Origin: Phaeosaccion multiseriatum
Taxonomy: Eukaryota > Protista > Ochrophyta, other classes
Length of the DNA: 64,000 bases
NCBI GenBank assembly: GCA_965112735.1
Contig: OZ218953.1
Location: forward strand, 2,108,001 to 2,172,000
Direction: 5' to 3'
A model generated the notes under the pieces. It made no database searches. It saw nothing but the letters and a program-made list of their open reading frames with translations, and was not told the origin of the DNA. How positions within the stretch are numbered: the stretch's first letter is position 1; the number at the start of each line of letters is the position of its first letter. The position numbers and the translations under genes are program-made. Below, one piece after another: positions 33,666 through 46,682 of the stretch.

Positions 33666-33901
33666 CTTCGCCCCACCTTGTCCCTTTCAATAGCCTTCAT
33701 TGACTCGTCCCCGGTTGTACATACTGCCTGAGCTCCTGAGCCTACTCATGCTGCCTCTACTGCCTCTCTCAGCAGAGCAGCAGCAGCAGCAGTAGCTGCT
33801 GCTGTTACTGCGTAGCTGCTGCTGTTGATCCGGCGTTTCGGGCCCTCGTTGGTCCCACTGACATATTAATCGCTCGCTTCTGTCACACCGGATCACACCA
33901 G

Positions 33902-36768
33902 ATGGCCAAGGGCATGGCGTCCAAGGCAGGAGAGACAATGGCAAAAGAGCCGTCCGAGGCAGGGGGGCCGAGGGAAAGCACTGGGGCCTCGCTGAAGGTC
34001 ACGTTGGTGGAGGCGAAATACCTACCCCCTCTAACGTGAGTGTGTTGGACCCCATCTTGGCTCCTCGTTTGGTTTTGGGAGCTACGTAGATCTTTCTGCC
34101 ATGCAGGAGATCGTCATTTTCACTCGTTCCTGCCCGCTTGCCGAGAAGCGGAAGGCGTGGTGCGCTTTTGTGTCCTGCCTGCCAGCCTGTCCCAGTCCAA
34201 ACCCTTCTCTTTCCCTCCCTCGCTGCAGTCCACGCCCGTCTTCTATTTACACGCAGCTATCTGCTCTCACATTTTATCATCCTCCTCCTCCTCCTCCTCC
34301 TCCTCCTCCTCCTCCTCCTCCTCCTCCTCCTCCTCCTCCTCCTCCTCCTCCTCCTCCTCCTCCTCCTCCTCCTCTCCCTCCTCCTCCTCCTCCTCCTCCT
34401 CCTCCTCCTCCTCCTCCTCCTCCTCCTCCTCCTCCTCCTCCTCCTCCCCCCACCCTCCCTGTCCCTCCTCTCCCTTTTCTCCCTCGGCGTGTGCTGGGCA
34501 GCAACGCTTACGTGAAGCTCGCACTTGGGGGGAGTGTTTTGAACTCCAGTGAACAGAGCACTACAGCAACCGGCCGAGTTGTGTGGGACGACACCCTCCT
34601 CTTCACTGAGGTACGCGGGGGGGACTTGCATGGCTAGGGTTCAGCTCCGAGATGTTTGCCCCAACTGATTGCTATCTGTTCCACCTCCTTGGCTGAAACG
34701 CGCCCCATCCCCCTTCTCATTATGCGGTACCCTCTTGTTCTGCCTCTCTCTCTTCTCTCTCTATATCTCTCTTTGTCTCCTCCCTCTCTTCTGTTCCCTT
34801 TCCATCTCGCTTGCCCTCTCTTCCCGTCTGCTCCCTCTCCCTCCCATCACTCGCCCTCCGCCCCCCATCCCCCCTCTCTCTACGTTCGACGCCCTGTTGC
34901 TACTATTCCTCCGCCCCCTGCTCTCTCATCACTGCAGTCGATGCTGTCTATCCTGTACAAAGAGAAATTCACGGCCACCATCTGTGACTCCGACTCGAAC
35001 AACGTACTCGGGAGCTTTTCCGTATCCACAGAGAGACTGTCGATGTGTAAGGAGGTGGACTGCTGGTTCCATATGCACCTCCCACCGGATCAGGTGGGGC
35101 CGACACATAAGACATGGATGGCAACGTGTCCAGTTTGCGCTTTCCCTGCCGGCACTAACCTGTCGAATTGCGGGCTGTACTACTTTCGAGTAAGAAGACA
35201 AGAACGCAACAAGACAGAATGTTTCCTTCCTGACCTCTAGTCCCATCCACTCCCCCCCCCCCCCCCCTCCTCTCCCCCGCCCTGCCCTCCCTTCCCCTCC
35301 CCTCCTCCCCCCTCCCCTCCCCTCCCCTCCCCTCCCCTCCCCTCCCCTCCCCTCCCCTCCCCTCCCCTCCCCTCCCCTCCCCTCCCCTCCCCTCCCCTCC
35401 CCTCCACTTCCCCCCTGCCCTGCCCTCCCCTCCCCCCGCTCCCCTCCCCCCGCTCCCCTCCCCGACACACAAAGAGAGACAACGCCCCCGATCCTATGAT
35501 CCGCCTCCTCTTCACCATGTCGGGCCCTCTCCGGCCGCAGATCAACCGTTGCCTCAACCTCCTCAACAGATACACGGGAGTGGTCGATCACGGCCTCGAG
35601 ATGGCGGGGCGACAAGCCGCCAGGGTAACGCCGCTCCTCTGGAACCGCTGGGCGCTGGTCCCTGCCATTCCCCTCTCCGTCGTGCTTCTCGCAGCGGCTC
35701 CTTTTGTGGTGGTCGGATGCGTGGCAGGAGCACCCCTTCTCTTGCCCTTGGCTATTGCAGCTGCCGTGGTGCTGCTCTTTTTCGGGGTGGTGGTGTTGGT
35801 CGTCGCTGCCGGGAGCTCGTCAGGGCGGCGACTAATGAGCAAGGTGGTGGATCCGTGCCTCGATACCCTCACAGGTAGGGTAGGTAATGGTGACAAGGAG
35901 TGACACTTGCGAGTTGGAGGACACACGTTACGCGTAGATGATTGCGACAGCTCTGTGTGCTGGGCTGTCTTTGGGCTCTTTTATTGGCCCTCAAACCACC
36001 ACACGCGCCAACCCCAAACCTCATACCCAACTACTTCCCACCCTCCCTCCCTCCCTCCCTCCCTCCCTCCCTCCCTCCCTCCCTCCCTCCCTCCCTCCCT
36101 CCCTCCCTTCCTCCCTCCCTCCCTCCCCACCTACCTACCCACCTACCTACACCATTTATACCCTCGTCTTCAGAGACGGCAACTGGGCAACAAGTCCTGT
36201 ACGCCACAGGCCCCGTCCCGTCCATCTTTGAGCTCGTCATGGCGTTGGCCCCTCAGCGCCCCTTACCCAAACTGGTGTGTTCCGTCATCGTTGATGCCAT
36301 AGGGTGCTCGTCTTACCTCATCCCCGGCCTGGGGGAGGCCACGGACCTCTTTTGGGCCCCCATCAGCGCGCTCCTGATTCACAGCATGTACTCCAAGAGC
36401 AGCCCCTACGCGGCGGTGAGTGCGTGCGAGCGTGCGTGTGTGCGTGTGCGTGTGCGTGTGCGGGCCGGTGGGTGGGCCCTAGCGAGAGTACGAATACTCG
36501 AGTAGTGAGTAGTGAGCCGAGGTGCGGCTGCTGCTGCTGGTGGTGGTGGTGGTGCTGCTGCTCCTTCTCGTTGTGCTTGTGTCGCTCACAAACCTGCCAT
36601 TCACCCCTCTCATCCTTTGCTGCTGCTCTCTGCTTTGCGGTGGATCAGTATATTGGCTTCGCGGAGGAGGTCTTGCCCTTCACGGACGTTATCCCCACGG
36701 CGTGTATGGCTTGGTTAAGAGAATTCGGCCCCGGCTTGATCGACCAAGCTATCTACGGACAAAGTTGA
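33902..36768 (+). CDS. StLDP: Stramenopile-type lipid droplet protein (StLDP): C2-like N-terminus, long hydrophobic segment, conserved C-terminal block
   Basis: C2-like LKVTLVEAKYLP...AYVKL...VVWDDTLLF. The hydrophobic stretch P-LSVVLLAAA-P-FVVVGCVAGA-P-LLL-P is an exact PX9PX10PX3P, the proline motif I recall being described for StLDP. C-terminal GEATDLFWAP...FAEEVLPFTDVIPT. Confidence 0.78.
34279..34446. repeat. (CCT)n microsatellite, intronic
   Basis: Direct reading. Confidence 0.95.
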
Positions 36769-37716
36769 GAGAGAGAAAGAGAGGGAGAGAGAGAAGGAGG
36801 GAGAGAGACGGAGGGAGGGAGAGAGATGCACATAAATGTATGGGGACACGACTGCGAACGATAGTTGACGTTTGACGGGGCGGCGAATTTGGGGCTGTTT
36901 TCTCGTATGGCGGCGGCAGCACAAGCATAAGCGGGGTGGAGGGATTGACAATCCTTGACTTGATGGAGAGGACTCCTTCGTCGGTGCTTTGCTGGAGAGA
37001 GGGGGGGATGAAGGGGGAAGAGGGGCGCTGGGCAACACTCACAGATGCGTAACGTTACAGTGGGATGGATGAACCATCGTGGTGCAATCCTTTCTACCAT
37101 TTTGTAGTGGTACCTCACAATGGCGGACTTGCAAGGCAGGGGAAAGAGGGAGAGAAGGAGGAGTGAAAGGTTAGGGGCAGCATTTTGTTTCCTCCGCCTC
37201 GCTCTCTCCCGCAATGGGAGGAGAATGGTGTCGCTCTTGTTTGGAGAGCGCTGGGGAGGGAAAGGGAGGGTAAGGGGGGGGGAGGTGTCGAGTGGGGAAG
37301 CAGCCACGTACATAATTTAAGGCGGCAGTAGAGGGGCGGGGCACGAGGATCAACCCCTGACATGCTACCGACCTGTTCTTCGGTAGAGCAGGCCGGCTCA
37401 ACCCGGTGGTATAGCACAACACGCGAGGGGTCGACGAGGAGGCGACGTATTCATACAAGACAAGCGAGGGAGTGCTGATTTTCAACATTTTTGCCGCGCA
37501 CCACAGCGCAGGTAGGGTAGGTATTGCGTAGTGTAAGTAATCTGAAGTTATTCCGTTTTGTTTCTTCCGTCCCAAGGGCGCAGAAGCGGGGGGATTTCGA
37601 GTGGGGGGGGGACTCGATTCGTTGACATACTGGAAATTTGAGTTTTTTTCTTCGTTGTCTCTCTTCTGTGTTGTGCCCATAATAAGTGTGCTGCCGTTGT
37701 TGCGTTGGCGGCAAAA

Positions 37717-40021
37717 ATGTTCCAACGAATCACTTTACTCCTTTTGGCGCTCCTTGGGAGTGCAGTAGCCTTCAATGCAGCGGCTGGTGCTATGCAGATG
37801 GTGAGTCGGGTCCCATGGTATTTCTACTACTTCTGAAGCTGCTTCTGCGACGAGGACCACAGAGAGTCCGCACCCGTGCGAGGCACGCACATTGAGGACG
37901 GCAGGAAGACTGAAAAAGGGACATGGCAACTCTTCGCCTCTGTCATACGTAGCAGCCGGACTTCCCTGGAGCGAGTAGGAGCTGCAGGGAATAGGGGCGG
38001 GGGTGGTGCATGTAGTGAGTGACTGAATGAGTGGAGGGAGGGAAGGAGGGAGGGAGGGAGTGAATGACCAAGTCGCTTCTCTCTCAGTCCCTCCCTAGAC
38101 ACACCCGCGCTTTCCTCATAACCATGCTGCCCTCTCTTCTGGTAATAGGTCTCGAAGGGCAACGCCAAATCAACAGTAGCACCAAAAGCAGCAGCAGGAG
38201 CAGAAGCTGGCCAATCTAGAAGGAGCTTCTTCTCGTCTGGAATAGCAGGTGCTGGCGTGCTCTTGGGAGCAGGCGTGGCGAGCATCAACGTCCAGCCAGT
38301 GGCGGCTCGACCTGGTGAGCATCTGAATGGCAGTCCGTCACATGCACCTGAGTTGTGTAGCACGTGCACAACCGACACTTACGCAATCAACCTATCTTCT
38401 TCGCTCCAACTACTTCCTCATGTCGCGGTGCCTTTCAGAGGGAGTAAACAGACCGGAATTACTTCCCACAGGACCCAAAGTGAACGTCATTGACTTGCAG
38501 AAATACCTTACCAAGGGAGAGGTGAATAGACTAGAGAAGGTGAGAAGGTTTGAGGCCAAGTACTTTCTCATTGCAGTGAGAGCCAGTTACCATTAAGTCT
38601 TTTCTCCTCTCCTCGACGCTCTCTCTCTCGCTCACTCCCCCATCTCCGCCCCCGTCTGCTGATTTCTCTCTTATTCTCTTTCTCTCTCTTCACCCCCCTC
38701 TCTCCTACGTACACGCCCTCCCCCCCGCCCCCCGCCCGCGGATTTCAAACAGCTGACCATAGCACTGGAGAAGGACACAGGCTACAAGCTGCGCATCCTC
38801 ACGCAGCAGTACCCAACCACCCCAGGCATGGCCATCAAGGTAAGAGAGAGAAGAGACCGGGAAGCTGGCTGCCACACAGAGTCACCTGTGGTCAACCCGA
38901 TGGAATGTACAAGGTGTCTCTCCTTTGTTTTGCTGTGCTTATTCCTCCTCCTTCCTCTTGTGTTCTTCCTCCCCCCCTGTCTCGCGTCTTTTTTGTTTGT
39001 GTGGCTGTGCGCCGCGCGCGACCGACCACAGAACTACTGGGGAGTGGACGACAAGACCGTCGTGATGGTATGCGATAGGGGCAAGAAGGGAACGAGCAAC
39101 TTGCTCAACTTTAACGTTGGGGACGGGCTCAAAATCGCGCTGCCCAACGTGGTGAGGGAGAGAGAGGAGAGGCGTTGATCAGAAGCAGAGGGAGAGAGAG
39201 TGCTCGGAGAGAGAGTTGGAGAGGGATTGGAGGGAGATGGAGACTGAGAGAGTAGAGGGAGAGAGAGAGTCAGTGAGAGGGAGGGATATGTGTGAGAGAG
39301 AGAAGAGAGAGAGAGATGGAGAGTGCTCGGGGAGAGAAGGGAGAGAGAGTGCTCACACTGGCGGTGGGACCATGGTGGATGCAGCAGTGGCGCAAGGGGG
39401 TCCTGTACACGTACCTACCTTCCGACCAACCTGTCCATCACATGCCTCTTCACTACCCCCCCTCCCCCTCCTCCTTGTCTTTACACCATGACTGACTGCT
39501 CTACTCGGGTCCTACCTATCCACCTACTTACTGCATGTGTCTGTCTGCCTACCTTCTGTTCGTTCTTGCTCGCGGTACGGTATGTGTGGGCTGCTGCGCA
39601 GTTTTGGAGTCGGCTGCAGAACACGCTCGGCAACAGCTTCTACATCAAGGAGAACGGGGAGGACCAGGCCATCTTGATCTCGGCAGAGGTCATCGCTAAC
39701 TGCCTCAGGTAGGAGGGAGGGGGAATGATGTGTGTATGTATGTGTCGTGTGTGTGCGCGCGGCCGTGTGTGTGTGCGTGTGCGTGTGAGCATCCAACTCG
39801 TGTCTGTCACGGGTAGCAGATTGATGCCAGAGCTGGGCCTGGAGCTGGAGCGTGGCTCTTTCATCACCGATGCGCGGTGATGCTTCTCGTCCTGACACCT
39901 AATACACCCCCTACCGCCCAACCCCCTTTGACTGCTACTGCTCCGCAGGGACGGTTTCTGTACCGACGTGCCTGCGGACGCCAAAAAGGGCAGTGGAATC
40001 AACATGAATGTCAAGCTCTGA
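37717..40021 (+). CDS. Thylakoid lumenal 15-kDa TPM-domain protein (TL15B-like), 7 exons
   Basis: Tripartite targeting: signal peptide MFQRITLLLLALLGSAVAF, transit region, then Tat motif SRRSFF...VAA. Mature part RPEGVNRPELLP...[28 protein letters not shown]...LNFNVG...FWSRL...GEDQAI. Confidence 0.88.
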
Positions 40022-40062
40022 ATGGACAACTTCCCGGCAGCGGAGCATAGAGGCATACTCTG

Positions 40063-40103
<41 letters not shown>

Positions 40104-40125
40104 ATAATATATATATATATATACA
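40063..40125. repeat. (TA)n microsatellite in the 3' flank
   Basis: Direct reading. Confidence 0.95.
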
Positions 40126-40162
40126 TAAAGTACATACATAGAAAAAAAAATCAGACAGAGGG

Positions 40163-40691
40163 TCGGCCCCGTGCACGCCTAGCGGCCTAGGCCTATTTTG
40201 AAAAATTGCCCGGCCTAGCGAGGGCCGTAGGCCCTCGGCCTATTTATAGGCCGCCTAGGCGGCGGCCTAGGCGGGGGCCGGAGGCCCGCGGCCTAGGGCA
40301 GACGCCAACTAGGCGCAGGTCCAGGGCGGGAATATGCTCATATGCCCCTGCCTGGGCTGGCCCGGAACCCGCCCAAGTGTCGTCAGTTTTAAGCAAATGT
40401 ATTGCATGGGATAAGTGAGGAGTAGACTTGGTTCGTGTTGTCTCTTTCCGCCTCGCTGGCCCTACGAGGAGTGCAGGCCTACAGGTGTGCTGCTACCAGC
40501 CACTGGCTGGGCGGCACCACGCACGCGCCCACGGTCACTGGGAGGCTGCCTAGAGGCGGGCTATAGGCCGCCTAGGGCTGAAAAGTGAGCGGCCTAGAGC
40601 GGCCGGAGGCCGCCGGCCTAGGCCTAGATCGGCCGAAGGCCGAGCGGCCTAGCGGCCTAGAGCCTAGGCCGCTAGGCGTGCACGGGGCCGA
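40163..40691. mobile_element. Non-autonomous DNA transposon (MITE), 529 bp
   Basis: Perfect 30-bp TIRs TCGGCCCCGTGCACGCCTAGCGGCCTAGGC (40163-40192 / 40662-40691), a flanking direct repeat AGAGGG on both sides, many subterminal GGCCTAG repeats and no credible ORF. Confidence 0.9.
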
Positions 40692-41183
40692 AGAGGGTCA
40701 GTCAGTCAGAGGGTCACGCCTGTGTCTTCCTTCGCTGACGCTTGATGCTGTTTCAGTTTCAGTGTCCAGTCTTTGACCCGGCACCAACCGCGTCGTTGTT
40801 GTTCCATTTCCCTCTACTATAAAGTAATGGTGGCGAGCTCGAGACGGACGGGTTCAGAAGGTTGGCAAGTGAGAGGAGATTCGACAGTACGAGTTTTAGG
40901 TCGATGGCCTGATTCCCCTCGCGTGCCCCGTTTCTCTTTTGTAGGCGTTAAAAGCCAACGCAATAACACTGAGGGGAAAGGAGGAGGGGGCAGCAGTACG
41001 TCCCATTTATTCCGGGGACTTCTATAGACCTGGGGCCCAAGGCCGGCCTTTGGTTGATTCCTCAAAACCGGGTAACCACTTCCCTAAAGTCCGCTCTCTT
41101 TCTTCTGTGAGCACCGCCTCGTCAGCGTCCGATTGACATCCCCCTTGTCTGGCCATATTCCAGAGCTCTAGCATATCTCAGTC

Positions 41184-41360
41184 ATGCCGAGCTCGCGCCT
41201 GGGGGGGGAGCAGGCGGCCGAGGAAGCCGCTCCGGTGCACTCTTGCCCTTTTTCGGGAGGGGGTAGTGCCCAGGTAGGAAATGAGGGAGAAGCAGCGTCG
41301 GCAACGAGGCTGGCAGAAGAGGGACGGCAAGCAGCAGCAGCAGCAGCTGGGGATGCGGCT

Positions 41361-41397
<37 letters not shown>

Positions 41398-42363
41398 CCA
41401 GAAAGCGGAAAAGAAGTCTGAGCCAAGTCCTCAACTTCGAGCCATCGTCGATGACAGCCCTGCGCGCGGTGAGTCCGAGGAGCGATGCTACACGGTGCAA
41501 TCCACCTCAGTATGTATAGAGCCCGACTTGGTACTTTGATTTCCCGCCCATCTGACTTGTGCTGCCTTGTTGCGATGGAGGGCTACCCATAGTATTCGGT
41601 CTATTGTTCTGTGGCGCTCTTCTCCTCTGAATTCACTCTGACGCTCTCTCTCCCCCTGCCCTCAGCATCTTCTCCGCCGTGGTTCTTCTTTTTCTCCTCC
41701 TCCTCCTCCTCCTCCTCCTCCTCCTCCTCCTCCTCCTCCTCCTCCTCCTCCTCCTCCTCCTCCTCCTCCTCGCCGTGCTTCTTCTTTTTCTCCTCCTCCT
41801 CCTCCTCCTCCTCCTCCTCCTCCCCCTCCTCCTCGTCTTCCTCCTCCTCCTCCTCCTCCTCCTCCTCCTCCTCCTCCTCCTCCTCCTCCTCCTCGCCGTG
41901 CTTCTTCTTTTTCTCCTCCTCCTCCTCCTCCTCCCCCTCCTCCTCGTCTTCCTCTCCATGTCGTCTCTCTCTCACTCCCCCCCCCCTTCCCTCCTCCGTC
42001 GATCTCAGGCCCTCCTTTTTGCCTTCGTGGGAACAATGGCGGTGTGCTTGGTCTCCATGGTGGGGCCAAGCCCTGCCCTCTTCCCTACGCCAGCGATGGA
42101 CATAGACTATACGGGGAAGGGTGGCGAGGACCGGAAGCATGAGATGCAAGACGCGAGTTTAGAGTCCGCGCGCCCATTGGACGGGCCGAGGGCATCGCCG
42201 CGGGTGCGTGTCGTGCGGAGTCAAGAAGGAGTGATGGGGAGGAGAAGGAGGCTGCGTGTCACTAATAGAAGGGTGCAGGAGGCGGGCGAGGAGGAGGAGG
42301 AGGAGGAGCGGGTTGTCGTCGCGATTGTGAAGGATGAGCGGGAGCAGAGCGGAGAGGAAGGAA

Positions 42364-42402
<39 letters not shown>

Positions 42403-44300
42403 GGAGAGAACGGGCTTCAGCAGACGACAGGGAAGGAGGCGACTTGGAAAAGCCAGTGGACAGGCAGCTGGACGGCGTTACTATCGCTGGGGGCGGGGTG
42501 GGCTCGTCCTTGGATGGGTCGCGTTATGCAGCCTTGGCTAGCAGCCCGGTGCCGGAGATTAAACGCGCGTTGAATGAGATGGTGCACTTTTCCAAGGAGA
42601 AGACGGAGGAGCAGCACTACAACATTGCTTTTATCAAGACGCACAAGACCGCTTCTACCACCTTCACATCCGTTCTCTACCGTTACGGGGCGAGGCACGA
42701 TCGGGTGTTGGCGCGTTACTCGGTCAAGGGGACGGCGGTGACGCTTCCCAATGCACTCAAGAATTCAGCGGAGACGGGTCTCAAGCCTGATATTATGCAC
42801 TACCACCACGCGTGGAATGGCTTTTATCAGGACACATGGACGCGGCTGGAGAATGAGTACCGTCAGCTCATGAGAGGTGAGAGAGGTAGAGGGAGGGAGG
42901 GAGAGTGAGAGAGAGGTAGAGGGAGGGAGGGAGAGTGAGAGAGAGGGGGAGCTAGGGAGGGAGGGATAGAGAGGGAGAAAGGAGCAGGCTAGCTTGAAGC
43001 GAGAGGGAATGGATGCAGAGTTCACAGCGTCCCCCGCCTTCCTTCTCCTGACATCCCCACTCACGAACCGAATCCATCACTCCAACTCCACATGCTTTTG
43101 CCCCCTCCCCCCACCGCCTCCCTCCCCCCTGCTCAGCTCCGAACCCACACTTTGTGACCGTGCTGCGCGAACCCGTAGCCCACTACCTCTCATACTACTA
43201 CTTCTTCATGCACCCCAACAACAAGATACCCATTGACCAGTACGTCAAGACGGGCGGCACGACACGGAAGCACAGAGTCATGCACAACCCCCTGTGCGCG
43301 GAGTTTGGCATCTACACCATCGATCAGCTAAGGGTGTTTCTGGAGAAGGTGCGTGTGTGTGTGGCAGAGTGTGTGTGTGTGTGTGTGTGGGAGGAAGTTC
43401 TTGAAGTGGTGAGAAAGAGCGGGTGTGCACCCACCAGCACCCACCCGCTTCTCCTTTGCCGCACACACCTACATCTATAAACCTTTTGCCTCCTCCTCTT
43501 CGCTGTCTCTCTGTGTCCGTCCGTCCGTCCGTCTGTCTGTCCGATTTGCCATGTACCGCACCTGCCGTACCCTATCAACCAAACAGGACCTCCCCAAGTT
43601 CACTTTGATTCTGCTGACGGAGCGCTTCGACGAAGGCCTGGTGCTCTTCAAGCGCATGTTCAACTGGGACCTCATTGACCTAACCTACTCCACCATCCTG
43701 GAGAACAAGGGAGGAGATGCCACTCGCTGGGATGGCAAAAAGCTCACCAAGGCACCCAAGATTTCAATGCTTTCACCCAAGGTGAGTGAGTGAGTGGAGG
43801 GAGGGGGGGAGTGAGGGAAGGAGTGAGTGGGTGTGTGTGCAGGGAGGGAGGGAGCGGAATTGCTTTTGCGCGTCCCCTTCCTTCCCTCTCACAACCCCTA
43901 GCCTCACTCTCTCTATCTCTGCTTACTCTTCGCTGGCCCCTGTCTCCTGTACTGTCGTCCTTACGTCCCAACGTCACCCAACCAAATCCACCCTCCCATT
44001 ACTCTTCCCCCCCCCCCCCCCATTTGCTCTCAGGTCTTGGCTCGCATTGAGGATCTAACTTCTCTGGACCGGCGCCTCTACGCCGGTGTGCTCGAGCACT
44101 ATGAAGACGTGATGGAAAAGCACGGAGAGAACATTGACATTGAAGTGGAGCAGCTCAGAGACCTTCAAAAGGCAGTGGCGGCGGTGCTGGACGACCCCCA
44201 GGGGGGCAGCGCACACGACTGGTACCGACCCGAGCGCGATGAGTTCTTCTACTTTGGCATCGACTACTGGTCCGGCAAGGCCATTGAGATCGAGTTTTGA
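41184..44300 (+). CDS. Galactose-3-O-sulfotransferase-like type II membrane sulfotransferase, ~5 exons
   Basis: 5'-PAPS motif IAFIKTHKTASTT, 3'-PAPS motif FVTVLREP, LILLTERFDEGLVL and LDRRLY. Membrane anchor ALLFAFVGTMAVCLVSMV at ~42010. The first exon (41184-~41510) is less certain. Confidence 0.85.
41675..41955. repeat. Higher-order duplicated (CCT)n array with CGCCGTG(C/G)TTCTTCTTTTT spacers, intronic
   Basis: The spacer recurs three times between CCT runs. Confidence 0.85.
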
Positions 44301-45782
44301 TTTGTGTGAATCGAGCTTTTGCATTTTGTTGTCTTGTTTCTTCTTGCCTTGGGACGACAGCTTTTGGGTTTGATATGATTTTGGTGGAGTAAAGAATTAT
44401 GTGTTACTATCGATGCGGGAGATACGTTCTGTTCTACGGTGGGTACTATCGGCGCAGACAGGAGTATCGGACGCGAAGGCTTTGATCAGCGTGGGTTGGT
44501 TGGTATAAATGAACCACGGCCCCCACGTCCGCAGCAACAGCAGTAGCAGCAGCGCGCGGGTGTGGAAGTGACAACATTGCGGGCGGAGCTTGCATTGTAC
44601 TGGACGACGGGGGGGCGGGGGGAGGGGGAAGGGGGGGGGGCTGGGCTTGGAGCGAACTGTGTGATTGGACTTTCCTGCGGTGATACTGTGGTCAATCGTC
44701 TTGGCGTGGAGGCTGCCTTGGGCTTTGGGCACGGCACGGCTCTCCACAGACCGACCTGGGACCGTTGCGCGCATTCGAGGGTCACGAGAAGGGAATCAGC
44801 CTTCCTTATCCATATGAGTAAGCCCCTGAGGGACGCGAGGAGAGGGAAGCAGTTCAGGACTAGTCGGAAAGTCGGTAAGAGACCCAAGCACCCATGGTGG
44901 AAAAGGATGCCTTTCAGGCCTCAGTCCGGTGCGAAGGAGATGTCGTGTCGAGGGTTTGGTATTCGCGTTGTCCTATGGGTCAAGAGCAAATGCTTTCCTT
45001 CCTCGCTCCCTCTCCAGTTTCAGTTTAGTACACGATGGCTGGCTCTGAAAGGCCGCTGAGTGGTTAAATGCCATAAAACCCAACCCCGCGCCCTGGTTAC
45101 TCCCTCCTCTATCCTATTCGTCAGCATTAGGGGAGTCAGAAAAAACAAAAAACCAGCTGACCGGGCGGTTTCAGTTTCAGTTGTTCTCGCAACGCCTGGT
45201 TGGGACCTTTCCTCTCCCTGCTCAACATCTCCAACAAACGGGAGTTCTACAAGAAGAGTTGTATTGAGTAGAGAGAGTAAGCATGCTAACCCAAGCCCCT
45301 TCAAGACAGCACAGCTTCAGTGCGTATGAGAGAAGCTCTGAGGTAAGGGAGTGTGTGGAACGCGCTGTTTGCGGAACTTCGTTCTCGGCCCGCTTTGAAG
45401 AAGAAGGCAATGCAAGAGAAAAGTTCACGGGGCGTGGGGGGGGGCGACTGGGTAGGGCGACTGGGATACTCAGTGGGGTCGGGGGAACGTAGTCAGGTTG
45501 GGTTGAAGCGATGGCCGAGCAGGAGGACGAGGAAAACAGCGACTTTTCACCGACTTTCCGACTTGAGGGGGCCCAGACCAACCCCCCCCCCCCCTTTTTT
45601 CTCGGGCTTAGTCCAGTGCCTATGCGACGCTAAGACGTGTGCAGCCGCCTACGCGACCCCCCTGCTCGCCAGTGTTGCGTTGCGTTAAATCTCATTCTCG
45701 GAACTCTTCCCCCCCTTGGCTCTCAGCACGGGAGCTTTGCCTTCGATCACCTTCCTGCGGCCGGTGGTGACTATGGAGCCAC

Positions 45783-46478
45783 AATGAACTCAGGGCAGTT
45801 CTTTGAGGAGCCAGGGCAGAGTAGTAGTAGTAGCAGAAGCAGCAGCCTCCGCCCTCTTCAGGTCCAACAACAGCGGCAGTTGCAAATGCAACAGCAACAA
45901 CATCAGCAGCAGCACCAACACCACCAGCAGCAGCCTCTCCGCCGAGGCAGAAAGGGGTCATGGAGTAGCAGCAACTCCAGCATCGAATCCGCGTCAACCG
46001 AGACGAGGTCCCCATCTCCAGGGCAGCAGCAATCTCCCAACACGCGGTCGCGGTCCGGGTCAGGAGGGCCTTCTTTGCTGCCAGTACACGTGGATGAGAA
46101 TGGCACACATCACTACGGCGCTCCGGCGTCCGATATGGACGACCCTACCTCCGTGCGAGGGAAGGAAATGGTGTTGCAGCACTCGGGCCAGAGGGTATTC
46201 ATTCTGTCCACGTCAGTCAACATGGAGCAGCTAGTTGATGGGGGGATGGGGGTGGTGATGGCCAGCAGCAGCAGCAGTAGCGCCAGGTGGCAGTCTTCTG
46301 CGCAAGCATCCTGGTGATAGCGCTTGCCGAGCTCTTACGCGTCTCTGTGGGCCACATGCACACACAGACACTATCAGACTATCACCAGCAGCGCGTTTAC
46401 TGGGAAAAGGATCAGGTGCGAAGTTTGTTGAGGGATCTTATGATAGAGCAGGATATGATTACAGTATTTATTTTGTAA
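45783..46478 (+). CDS. Hypothetical protein; possibly frameshifted, truncated or spliced with an atypical intron
   Basis: A Q/S-rich ORF from ATG 45783 stops at 46317. A hydrophobic coding-like segment continues in another frame (46287-46415, VAVFCASILVIALAELL...RVYWEKDQ) up to a GT donor, with no evident downstream exon. Confidence 0.35.
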
Positions 46479-46682
46479 TTGGCTCGGAGCATCAGTAGAG
46501 AGAAGGGGAAAATGTTCATGACTTTATTTATTTGTAGTTGGCTCAGACACAGAGAGAGAGAATTGTTTCGGACATCAGTAGAGGAGGGGAATGGTTATTA
46601 CATTATTTATTTGTAGTTGGCTCGGACATCAGTAGAGGAGGGGAAAGGTTATTACAATATTTATTTGTAGTTGGCTCGGATA
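46465..46682. repeat. AT-rich ~55-bp minisatellite, ~4 degenerate copies
   Basis: Recurrent TATTTATTTGTAGTTGGCTCGGACATCAGTAGAGGAGGGG. Confidence 0.85.

Noticed and set aside
33666-33749. In-frame upstream ATG and TGA before the NEK start (possible selenocysteine or readthrough)
   Set aside because: It lies outside any conserved domain and I saw no SECIS; more likely a uORF or chance
34040-34637. Poly-P/S/L/E/G/R ORFs (also at 41600-42150, 52590-53360 and 61780-62280)
   Set aside because: They are stop-free translations of intronic CCT or GGAA repeats
46465-46682. Repeat array as a CRISPR
   Set aside because: Eukaryotic context, the units repeat in full without unique spacers, and there are no cas genes
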